A DNA stretch of 64,000 nucleotides from Bacteroidales bacterium (GTDB lineage: Bacteria; Bacteroidota; Bacteroidia; Bacteroidales; VadinHA17), in NCBI GenBank assembly GCA_046329885.1, contig JAXLTU010000009.1, forward strand, positions 1,703-65,702, given 5' to 3'. The notes beneath the pieces are model-generated. The model had not been told where the DNA came from. It made no database searches and saw only the letters and a list, made by a program, of their open reading frames with translations. The first letter of the stretch is position 1, and the number at the start of each line of letters is the position of its first letter. This document shows positions 56,393-64,000 of this stretch, in pieces. The position numbers were made by a program, and so were the translations under genes.

Positions 56393-57619
56393 ATGGTTTT
56401 TAAAAGTATTCTTATACTGCTGGCGATGTTCGTCTTCCACGAAGCAAGGGGGCAGATAGTTCCACCAACCCTGGAACCTGACCTGACCGATTTCAAAGAA
56501 GTGCCGGAAATAAAATGGACCTTTGAAACAAACTCCCCGGTCTTCTCATCACCGGTAACGGATGGGGATCTGGTTTTCTTTGGCGGGTGCGACAGCGTCT
56601 TTCATGCAGTGGGTTTATCATCCGGGAAAGAAAAATGGAGATTTCACACCAGGGGCGAGATCCGTTCAACGGCTCTTGTTACTGGAAACAGAGTTTTCTT
56701 CAACGGGGGCGACGGGTCATTCTACATGCTTGATAAAAACAACGGGACCCTGTTATGGAAATACAGTACCGAACGGGAAAAAAGATATGACTTCGCTGAC
56801 TACTTCAACTCGTCGCCTGTTCTGTACGACGGCGTGTTATATTTCGGTTCAGGCGATAATAATCTCTACGCTATCAATCCTGAAAATGGAAGGCTGATCT
56901 GGTCGTTCAGGACCGGGAACATTGTCCATTCAACACCTGCAGTTTCTAACGGGAAGATATTCTTCGGATCGTTCGATGGTTTCGTTTACGCTCTCGATCT
57001 GAAAACCGGCGGACTGGTATGGAAATTCAAAACAGTCGGCCATCGCTACTTCCCGGCAGGAGAAGTCCAGGGCTCTCCCGCGGTATTTAAAAATCTCGTC
57101 TTCATAGGCGCGAGGGACTATAACGTGTATGCCCTTGACCAGGAAAAAGGGTACTGTCACTGGAACAAGGCTTTCAAAGCCGGATGGGGATTGAATAACA
57201 ACATCCACGATTCGGTATTATACACGGGGTCGGCTGACGAGCGTGTACTTATCGCCTCTGATCCGGCAACGGGTAATGAATTCTGGAACAAAAAGATGGA
57301 ATTCCTCGTGTTCGGGAACAATGCCTATTCGGAAAAAAATCTCTATATCGGCACAACTAATGGCAAGCTCCACGCGATAAGCATGAAGACCGGGGAAAAA
57401 CAATGGAGCTTTGAAACGGACTCCTACAAACGAAACAAGTCAAAATATTTCAAACCCGACGATAGCTACCGCGACGATATTTATTCAATAATCAAATCGA
57501 ATATCCAGTTCCTCGAGGTCGAATGTGAACTGGGAGGCGTGTTCTCGACTCCACTGCTGGTGAAGGATTTTTTAATATTCACGAGCACTAACGGAACCGT
57601 GTATTGCCTAGGGAAATGA
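56393..57619 (+). CDS. PQQ-like beta-propeller repeat protein
   Basis: Repeated G.LYFGS.D..LYA+....G...W+F modules (at least 6). Confidence 0.75.
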   Translation: MVFKSILILLAMFVFHEARGQIVPPTLEPDLTDFKEVPEIKWTFETNSPVFSSPVTDGDLVFFGGCDSVFHAVGLSSGKEKWRFHTRGEIRSTALVTGNRVFFNGGDGSFYMLDKNNGTLLWKYSTEREKRYDFADYFNSSPVLYDGVLYFGSGDNNLYAINPENGRLIWSFRTGNIVHSTPAVSNGKIFFGSFDGFVYALDLKTGGLVWKFKTVGHRYFPAGEVQGSPAVFKNLVFIGARDYNVYALDQEKGYCHWNKAFKAGWGLNNNIHDSVLYTGSADERVLIASDPATGNEFWNKKMEFLVFGNNAYSEKNLYIGTTNGKLHAISMKTGEKQWSFETDSYKRNKSKYFKPDDSYRDDIYSIIKSNIQFLEVECELGGVFSTPLLVKDFLIFTSTNGTVYCLGK

Positions 57620-57677
57620 AACTAGTAAAACGGGCTTGCAGCAAAGCGAGTTCGTTAATTTAATCCGCCAGATGAAA

Positions 57678-57712
57678 GCCTGTCCTCGTCAAGAAGACGG
57701 GCTTTTTGTTTT
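57678..57712 (+). terminator. rho-independent terminator
   Basis: GCCTGTC(11 nt)GACGGGC stem with one G-U pair, followed by TTTTTGTTTT. Confidence 0.65.
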
Positions 57713-57832
57713 AAGGTGACCATGGTTTCGGGGCGGAGTAACAATGTTAGAAATCATTAAATGGTGAACTAATTTGTCGCACGCGTGTTTATAGCATACA
57801 GAGCTATTCTGTAAGTATTTAAGATTGAAAAA

Positions 57833-58243
57833 ATGGGAAATAAAATCGTTGTTGCCGCGACAGTAAAAGCGGATAGTGCAAAGGTCTGGGACTACTATAC
57901 AAACCCGAAGCACATTGTTAACTGGAATTTTGCCGATCCCTCGTGGCATTGCCCGAGTGCTGAAAACGACATGAGGGTGGGTGGTACCTACAAGGCCCGC
58001 ATGGAAGCAAGGGACGGGAGTTTTGGATTCGACTTTGAAGCCGTCTATTCACGAATAACCCCGGGGAAAGAATTCACCTACGAGTTCGGGGGAAGAACAG
58101 CCAATGTAAGCCTTAAAAGCGTGAAGGGATATACTGAAGTTGTCGTGGCTTTCGATCCCGAGACCGAGAACCCGGTTGAACTTCAGAAGAACGGTTGGCA
58201 GGCCATTCTTGATAACTTCAAGACCTACACGGAAAATAACTGA
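57833..58243 (+). CDS. SRPBCC/AHSA1-like domain protein
   Basis: VWDYYTNPKHIVNWNFA..W.C...ENDMRVGGTY..ARDGSFGFDF.. pattern; 136 aa. Confidence 0.7.
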   Translation: MGNKIVVAATVKADSAKVWDYYTNPKHIVNWNFADPSWHCPSAENDMRVGGTYKARMEARDGSFGFDFEAVYSRITPGKEFTYEFGGRTANVSLKSVKGYTEVVVAFDPETENPVELQKNGWQAILDNFKTYTENN

Positions 58244-58253
58244 TACCTGAACC

Positions 58254-58706
58254 ATGAAACAAAACAAGATAACACCATCACTCTGGTATCATACCAGCGA
58301 TGGCAGGGTAAAGAGCGTGACAGACTATTATTCACGGATCTTTGATAAACAGTTCGAGGCGGGAGAAACCATTCCGCTTGGTGATACTCCTTCCGGTTAC
58401 ACGGAAATGTGTTATGTGAAGCTGTTCGGGAACCCGTATCTGATAATGACAACCTCTGTCGAGCATCACAAGTTGAATGACTCTTTTTCGATAATCCTGA
58501 ATTGTGACGGGCAGGCCGAGATTGACAAGTACTGGGATTATTTCACCAGCGAGGGCAAGGAATCGCAGTGCGGGTGGTGCGTTGATAAGTATGGATTGAG
58601 ATGGCAGATCGTGCCAGAAAATCTGGATGAGCTCCTGAGCAGGCCAAATGCCTGGGAGGTAATGGGGAATCAGACAAAAATAATTATTGAAGAATATTTT
58701 AAATAG
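58254..58706 (+). CDS. VOC-superfamily protein (3-demethylubiquinone-9 3-methyltransferase-domain type)
   Basis: ITPSLWY..YY..IF......FGN.YLIM..SFSIILNCDGQAEIDKYWDYF..QCGWCVDKYGLRWQIVP. Confidence 0.7.
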   Translation: MKQNKITPSLWYHTSDGRVKSVTDYYSRIFDKQFEAGETIPLGDTPSGYTEMCYVKLFGNPYLIMTTSVEHHKLNDSFSIILNCDGQAEIDKYWDYFTSEGKESQCGWCVDKYGLRWQIVPENLDELLSRPNAWEVMGNQTKIIIEEYFK

Positions 58707-58713
58707 AGAAAAG

Positions 58714-59154
58714 ATGGCTCTTATAAATCCTTATATACATTTTAATGGAAACGCTGAAGAGGCTTTCACTTTTTATAAATCAGTCTTTGGCGGGGAGTTC
58801 GCCAGGATAACCCGGTTCAAAGATATGGCAGACGCCACCTTCCCTGTCCCTGAAAAGGAAAAGAACAAGATAATGCATATTGCCCTGCCAGTAGGCGCGG
58901 TAAACATATTGATGGGAAGTGATGTCCCCGAAATGTTCGGGACGGTGAACGTGCAGGAAAACAGGAGCAAGATCTCCATCAGCGCGGAGAGCAGGGAAGA
59001 GGCCGATAGATTATTCAACGGTCTTTCAGCCGGCGGAAAGGTGGAAGTTCCCATTGCCAGCAGTCCATGGGGCTCGTATTTTGGCATGTTCAGGGACAAA
59101 TACGGCATTGAATGGATAGTTGATTACGACGAGAAATACAAGGGTCAGAGATAG
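58714..59154 (+). CDS. VOC-family (PhnB/glyoxalase-like) protein
   Basis: ATG 58714: MALINPYIHFNGNAEEAFTFYKSVFGG..IMHIALPVG..LMGSD..WGSYFGMFRDKYGIEWIV. Confidence 0.7.
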   Translation: MALINPYIHFNGNAEEAFTFYKSVFGGEFARITRFKDMADATFPVPEKEKNKIMHIALPVGAVNILMGSDVPEMFGTVNVQENRSKISISAESREEADRLFNGLSAGGKVEVPIASSPWGSYFGMFRDKYGIEWIVDYDEKYKGQR

Positions 59155-59269
59155 ACTGGCGTGTGTGACATGCAAGTAATAACCTGTCCCGGGAATCACT
59201 GCCCAACTTTTCTGTTAAACTTTTAAACAGGTTTCGGCAATCTTGATTAACATCCTGTACGTGTTTTAA

Positions 59270-59433
59270 GATTCCTCGCTGAAGCCCGGTATGACATGGA
59301 TTAAGCAAGGAGGCACAGTGAAGAAGCGGCGATTTGCATAAGTTCATCATCTGATTTTACTTTGCCGGTGCAAATCGCCGCTTCTTCCACATCCACACCG
59401 GGGAACCTGTCATTCCGAACGAAGTGAGGAATC
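59270..59433. repeat. ~165-nt near-palindromic element with a perfect 19-bp inner stem
   Basis: Inner arms GAAGAAGCGGCGATTTGCA (59320..59338) and TGCAAATCGCCGCTTCTTC (59369..59387). Outer imperfect arms GATTCCTCGCT..ATGACA (59270..59296) and TGTCAT..AGTGAGGAATC (59408..59433). Confidence 0.8.
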
Positions 59434-59917
59434 TCCAGCCCGATTAACAAGAAATACTTTTTTAATATTTCCCGATACTCATTATTCTCTGATTGCAGGA
59501 TTGGGAATCCCCTTTTGTTCATGTTTCGTTAGGCAAATTCGTTGTGATTCATTAGTAAATCGTGATTTTCTAAAGAAAAATTTGCGCGATTTATTTAGAA
59601 TTTTCTCATACCTTTATATATCAAACCAATAGGCTTGCCGGGAGGTGTGATCTGGTGGTACGGCTTCCCGGTTGTTCGTGGGCTCTCCTATTAATCGCGA
59701 CTGGCTAAAATCCTGTCTTGCTATCCTCTCGCGATTGTTGTGCTGCAATACTGACATAGCTCTGCTTCTCAGTTACTTAATCGTGGATGCCCGGGGCCAG
59801 GATGCCTGTATTCGCACCTGCTTCCCGTCATGAACCGTATTATTCCTGTAACGAGTTGATCAGTTATTATCGATTGATTTTCATGTTAGAGATATTAATT
59901 AATCAAAACTTAAAAGT

Positions 59918-62043
59918 ATGCTGCGAAAAGTGCTATTATCGTGTGTACTGTTGATTATTACAGTATGCCTGATTGTTTCCTGCAAGAAGGAAAAGAATGA
60001 ACCTGCCCCTGACGAGGTTGTTATAGCCGACAATGTAAGCCTGATTCCCACGGAAACATGGGATGAGAATTTTGTTTCGATTGATTCATCGACCTACACG
60101 CTTACCTTCTCCGACGACATCAGTTCGAAAATGGACATCAAAACCGGGGATATTCTTGTATCCACCGCCGGTGATGGTATGCTGCGAAAAGTTACAGGCG
60201 TGAAAACGGTTGGATCACAGATAGAGGTAAGCACCGAGTTTGCAAGCCTTGTGGATGCCATCGAACAAGGGGATGTTGAACTGGACCAGCCTCTCTATGC
60301 CTCCCAGGTCAAGAGTATCGAATATCATGTGCCAGGTTTGAAATTCAAAAGCGAGAACCTGAAAGGACCTGATGACCTGAACTTTTCGTGGGACATCAAT
60401 TCCGTTATCTTCGATTCCGATCATAACCCGGGAACAATTAATGACCAGATAAAACTGGAGGGGGATTTCAGTTTTAACTGGAGGCTGGTGGCGAAGATCA
60501 AGATTGGTTTTCTTCAGGGATTGAAAGAAGTGAAGTTCGGGGTAGCCGCTTCCGAGAGCCTTAATCTTAACCTGGTTGCCAGCATGACGGCCGCCCTGCC
60601 AAATAACCTCGATATTGTACTGGCGACCGTGAGATTCAGCCCTATTTACGTGTACATGGGAGGGATCCCGGTTGTTTTAAATCCTGTTATGAAAATACAT
60701 GTAGGCGTCGAGGGAGAGCTGACAGCAACGATAACAACAGGTATATCGCAAGGTCTTTCAGTGAGCGGGGGTATTCAATACATTAAATCGAAAGGCTGGG
60801 CTCCTTACCATACCTTCGACACAACCTTCCATTATTACCTGCCGCAGCTGTACGTAAACGCGAACGTGACAGCCTATCTCAAACCCGAATTCGAGATGAA
60901 AGTGTACGGTGTGGGTGGGCCTTACGTGAACATGAAGCTTTATGGCCGGTTCGCCGCAAAACTGTTACCTAATCCAAGTTTTGATATTTATGGAGGGATA
61001 TCGCTTGGAGCAGGGGCAAGGATAGAGATCTTCGACAAGCTCGAGCTCGACTATTCGATTAACGAGATCTTCAAAGCTGAAGGTCTGCTTTACCATAAAC
61101 AAAGGTCACAGCCAGTGCTGAAGCCAACAGTTACTTCAAACGTCGCGGAATTTACCTCCGTTTCTGCCCTGCTTGGCGGAAACGTGACTGATGATGGTGG
61201 CTCGCTCGTGACGGAAAGAGGAATTTACCTTGGAAGCCTGGTTGACCCTGCCAATACCGGAATAAAATATAAAGCCGGGGATGGTTCAGGCGCTTTTTCA
61301 ACAGCCGTAAAGGATCTTAAACCTAACACGACTTATTATTACAGAGCCTATGCCACAAATAGCAAGGGTACATCGTATGGCGATGAAATGAGCTTCATGA
61401 CATTGTCCGGACTTGTTGCTGTTGATGTTGATGGCAACGTGTACAAGACCGTTACCATAGGGCAGCAGACCTGGTTCAGCGAGAACCTCAGAACAACGAA
61501 GCTTAATGACGGTCAGGCCATTCCCCTCGTTACTGCCAACACCGCGTGGAATAACCTTTCAACGCCGGGTTATTGCTGGTATAATAATAACCAGGCCCAG
61601 TATGCCGTCAATTATGGAGCACTCTATAACTGGTACGCCGTTGGCACTAATAAACTCTGCCCGGCCGGATGGCATGTTGCCAGCGATAATGATTTCAAGA
61701 TACTCGAGAAATCGCTTGGAATGAGTGAGTCTGAGGCTGATGCCATTGGCTTCCGGGGTATAAACGAGGCGAGTAAACTGGCGGGCGTTCCAGATCTGTG
61801 GAATACCGGGGCATTGAAATCCAATGCCGTTTTCGGACAAGCGGCTTTAATGCTGTTCCTAATGGTCATCGTTATTTTGAAGGTGCCTTCATGAATATTA
61901 ATGGATCTTCCTGTATTTATACTTCTACAGAAAATAGCACCACCGCGGCCTGGTACCGGCAAATTAATGACAGTAACCTTAAGATAGAGAGAACTGTCTT
62001 TGACAAGAGAGACGGTTTTGCAGTCCGTTGCGTGAAGGATTAG
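59918..62043 (+). pseudogene. FISH-domain (TIGR02145-type) lipoprotein interrupted by a frameshift near 61836
   Basis: ORF 59918..61894 carries the first half of the FISH domain (TWFSENL, YGALYNWYAV, KLCPAGWHVASDNDF). ORF 61798..62043, in another frame, carries the rest (SGFNAVPNGHRY..STENSTTAAWYR..GFAVRCVKD). Confidence 0.75.
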
Positions 62044-62083
62044 CTCATGAAAAGATGATATAGCATTATCGTCTTGATGCCAA

Positions 62084-62138
62084 AGCCGGGGACCGGAATT
62101 TAACCTGCAAAATGGAGTGATTCCTTCCCCGGCTTTTG
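62084..62138 (+). terminator. terminator candidate (long hairpin + T tract)
   Basis: AGCCGGGGA (62084..62092) pairs perfectly with TCCCCGGCT (62126..62134). Inner GGAAT/ATTCC extension. Followed by TTTTG. Confidence 0.5.
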
Positions 62139-62198
62139 TTAATTTAATTAACTGTTTGCAGGTTATTTGTATCTTGTATTATCTCGAAATCTTATTAT

Positions 62199-62513
62199 AT
62201 GAAGAAACTATTGGTGCTTACTGTTTTCCAGTTTCTGTTCGCCAATGGATTCTCCCAGCCACGGGAAGTGATAATCGAGGGAAGGATCCTTGGATACAAG
62301 GGGCACGAGGGGGTTGCTTATAGCCTGAACGATTATTTTGGAGGAGGAATGAACACCCGCGTCTTTCCCGACAGCCTGGGCCGCTTCGTTATCAGGGAGA
62401 CCTTTCCCCGGACTGCCTTCTTCAGCATGACATATATTCAGGATAATACCTGGCATTCGTGCAGGTTAATCCTGGAGCCTGAAGCCACTACTCTTTCATT
62501 TCCAAAGGAATGA
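62199..62513 (+). CDS. small secreted protein (possibly the detached N-terminal domain of the next gene)
   Basis: Signal peptide MKKLLVLTVFQFLFANGFSQ. The stop overlaps the next start (ATGA). Confidence 0.55.
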   Translation: MKKLLVLTVFQFLFANGFSQPREVIIEGRILGYKGHEGVAYSLNDYFGGGMNTRVFPDSLGRFVIRETFPRTAFFSMTYIQDNTWHSCRLILEPEATTLSFPKE

Positions 62514-63730
62514 ATCATGATGACTGGAAAACCCATTATTCCCCTGATATATATCAAGTCCCGATAAGGAAAAATGATTTTAATTCTTATTACAAGACTG
62601 ATCTGGGTCAGCAGTATTTCAACCTTATAGATAACGGTACTTCGGGATCCCTTTATCACGAGGATTGGAACCTGCTTCAACCAGACAGCCTTCTTCTAAT
62701 TCTCGACCGGAGGATCAAAAACCAGTTATCGTATTTCGATGGGTTATTGAAGGCCGGCGAGATCAACAAGACCTTTTATGATATCGCCAGGCTCAATATC
62801 GAGTACACGAATGCCTACAGGCTCGTGGCGACAATTTACTACTCGTGGCCCCAGGGTAAATTCAAAACCTCCGATACGACAATTTACCCGCGGCTGAAGA
62901 AAATATACTCCGAGGTTTTCAGGAGGTATCCCGTTAACAAGGAACTGAAGATCGAGACTCATTATTGCTTTGACAGGTACGTTGATCTTTACCTCTTGTA
63001 CATTGCCGATAGTGAAACCGGTGAATACATCCCCGGATCGCGAAAGGGAAAGGCTTCAGAGATCCAGTTGACCTATTCCGAAAACTATCTGAACAACAAG
63101 GCAAATGATTTCTACAGGATGCTGAAAACACTGACATACATGTTCGATTACGGGTCTAATTCCCTCAAGGTGGGAAAGGAATACCTTTCAAAACCACATC
63201 TTGAAAGCAAGTTTGCTGACAGGTATATCGAGGAATTTCTTATTCCGAGGGCAAAGGAATACGAGGATCAGTACAACAGACCTTTACCTTCTGGTATTGT
63301 TATTCTTGATGAAAAAGATACCCTCGAAACGTTTGAACAATTACTTTCCCTGGTCGGCGGGGGACCGGTCTTTATTGACCTGTGGGGGACCTGGTGTCTC
63401 CCTTGCCGGTACCAGTTCCAATATATCGATAGCCTTAAACCCTTTTTTCATGATAACGGCATAAAGAAAATCTACATAGCCGTTGAATACCAGACTGGAA
63501 GGGAGGAATGGAAGAACTTCCTGAAGCTATATAACCCTGAAGGCTATCACATGATGGCAAACAGCCGTTTCAAGGCTGACTTCGAACGACATGCTGGCAA
63601 AATCTCAAAGTTCCCGACTTTCATGATAATTGATAAAAATGGAGAAATAGTGGAACGAAATGCTTTCTTTCCCTCCGACGCGAAGTTGCTTGTTGACCAG
63701 CTGAAAGAAAAGTTGAAATTAGTACCGTGA
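62510..63730 (+). CDS. TlpA-like thioredoxin-fold thiol-disulfide oxidoreductase (C-terminal domain) with a helical N-terminal region
   Basis: FIDLWGTWCLPCRYQF CxxC motif and ..KFPTFMIIDKNGEIV at the C-terminus. No signal peptide of its own. Confidence 0.7.
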   Translation: MNHDDWKTHYSPDIYQVPIRKNDFNSYYKTDLGQQYFNLIDNGTSGSLYHEDWNLLQPDSLLLILDRRIKNQLSYFDGLLKAGEINKTFYDIARLNIEYTNAYRLVATIYYSWPQGKFKTSDTTIYPRLKKIYSEVFRRYPVNKELKIETHYCFDRYVDLYLLYIADSETGEYIPGSRKGKASEIQLTYSENYLNNKANDFYRMLKTLTYMFDYGSNSLKVGKEYLSKPHLESKFADRYIEEFLIPRAKEYEDQYNRPLPSGIVILDEKDTLETFEQLLSLVGGGPVFIDLWGTWCLPCRYQFQYIDSLKPFFHDNGIKKIYIAVEYQTGREEWKNFLKLYNPEGYHMMANSRFKADFERHAGKISKFPTFMIIDKNGEIVERNAFFPSDAKLLVDQLKEKLKLVP

Positions 63731-63858
63731 AACAATATTTCGCCTGTAGTATTAACCGGGACCAGGGATATTATAAGAAGGGGATTCCTTCCTGATCAAC
63801 ATAAATAAACACCAGTTTACGATTCGGGCATGTTTTTTGCGGTATTACTGTAAAGGCC

Positions 63859-64000
63859 ATGAATATGAAATACAAGTTGTTATCTTTAATGATCGCGGTT
63901 GTATCAATAAGCGGCTGCGAGAAAATTGACAAGGATTGTCCTGATTGTATCCAGAAACAAATCCGAGAATTTTCAAAAAGCCCCATTTGTGATGAAGGAG
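63859..64000 (+). CDS. lipoprotein, 5' part only (runs off the right edge)
   Basis: ATG 63859 gives MNMKYKLLSLMIAVVSISGCEKIDKDCPDC.., lipobox ISGC. Open to nt 64000. Not in the ORF track because it has no stop. Confidence 0.5.
   Translation, partial: MNMKYKLLSLMIAVVSISGCEKIDKDCPDCIQKQIREFSKSPICDEG

Noticed and set aside
59301-59522. 73-aa minus-strand ORF
   Set aside because: It spans the 19-bp perfect palindrome and the outer arms, so much of its sequence is dictated by the hairpin. Treated as noncoding.
63771-63986. 71-aa minus-strand ORF
   Set aside because: It overlaps a + strand start with a textbook lipoprotein signal peptide (63859..), which is the better explanation.

Overview
This looks like a Bacteroidota-type chromosome segment. 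Evidence: a CarboxypepD_reg-type TonB-dependent receptor next to a DUF4249 lipoprotein, a BACON domain, several TIGR02145 'Fibrobacter succinogenes major paralogous' (FISH) domains, and many lipoprotein signal peptides. It is mostly + strand housekeeping and envelope genes. Four things stand out. (1) An AT-rich, all-+-strand island of about 15.5 kb (27.2-42.9 kb) sits immediately after an Fe-alcohol dehydrogenase gene. It is partitioned by three related repeat segments at its left edge, middle and right edge, and has no integrase or tRNA. Its right module (34412..42650) is my best candidate for an undescribed system. It encodes a Cys-rich ORF, a DEDDh exonuclease-BRCT fusion, a 1947-aa protein (transglutaminase-like core + DUF4011-like + SF1 Upf1-like helicase + Vsr/DUF559-type endonuclease fold + DUF3320-like tail), and a Kv-type 6-TM K+ channel that starts 17 nt after the helicase stop. 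Its left module encodes two paralogous coiled-coil/TM proteins with different ectodomains. (2) A mosaic intergenic repeat family occupies six loci between 11.3 and 25.7 kb. It is built from short tandem 7-8-mers, conserved ~50-nt blocks and CCCTGGCATTnATGCCAGGG hairpins. An IS200/RAYT-like Y1 transposase flanked by inverted three-hairpin clusters lies among these loci, and an IS3-family element is inserted into one of them. (3) Several domain fusions or disruptions occur: Dak2-DegV, DedA/VTT-ATP-grasp, and a frameshifted FISH lipoprotein. (4) A ~165-nt near-palindrome with a perfect 19-bp stem lies at 59.3 kb. By eye I found no rRNA, tRNA or CRISPR array. All functional calls rest on motifs I recognise in the translations; no database search was possible.
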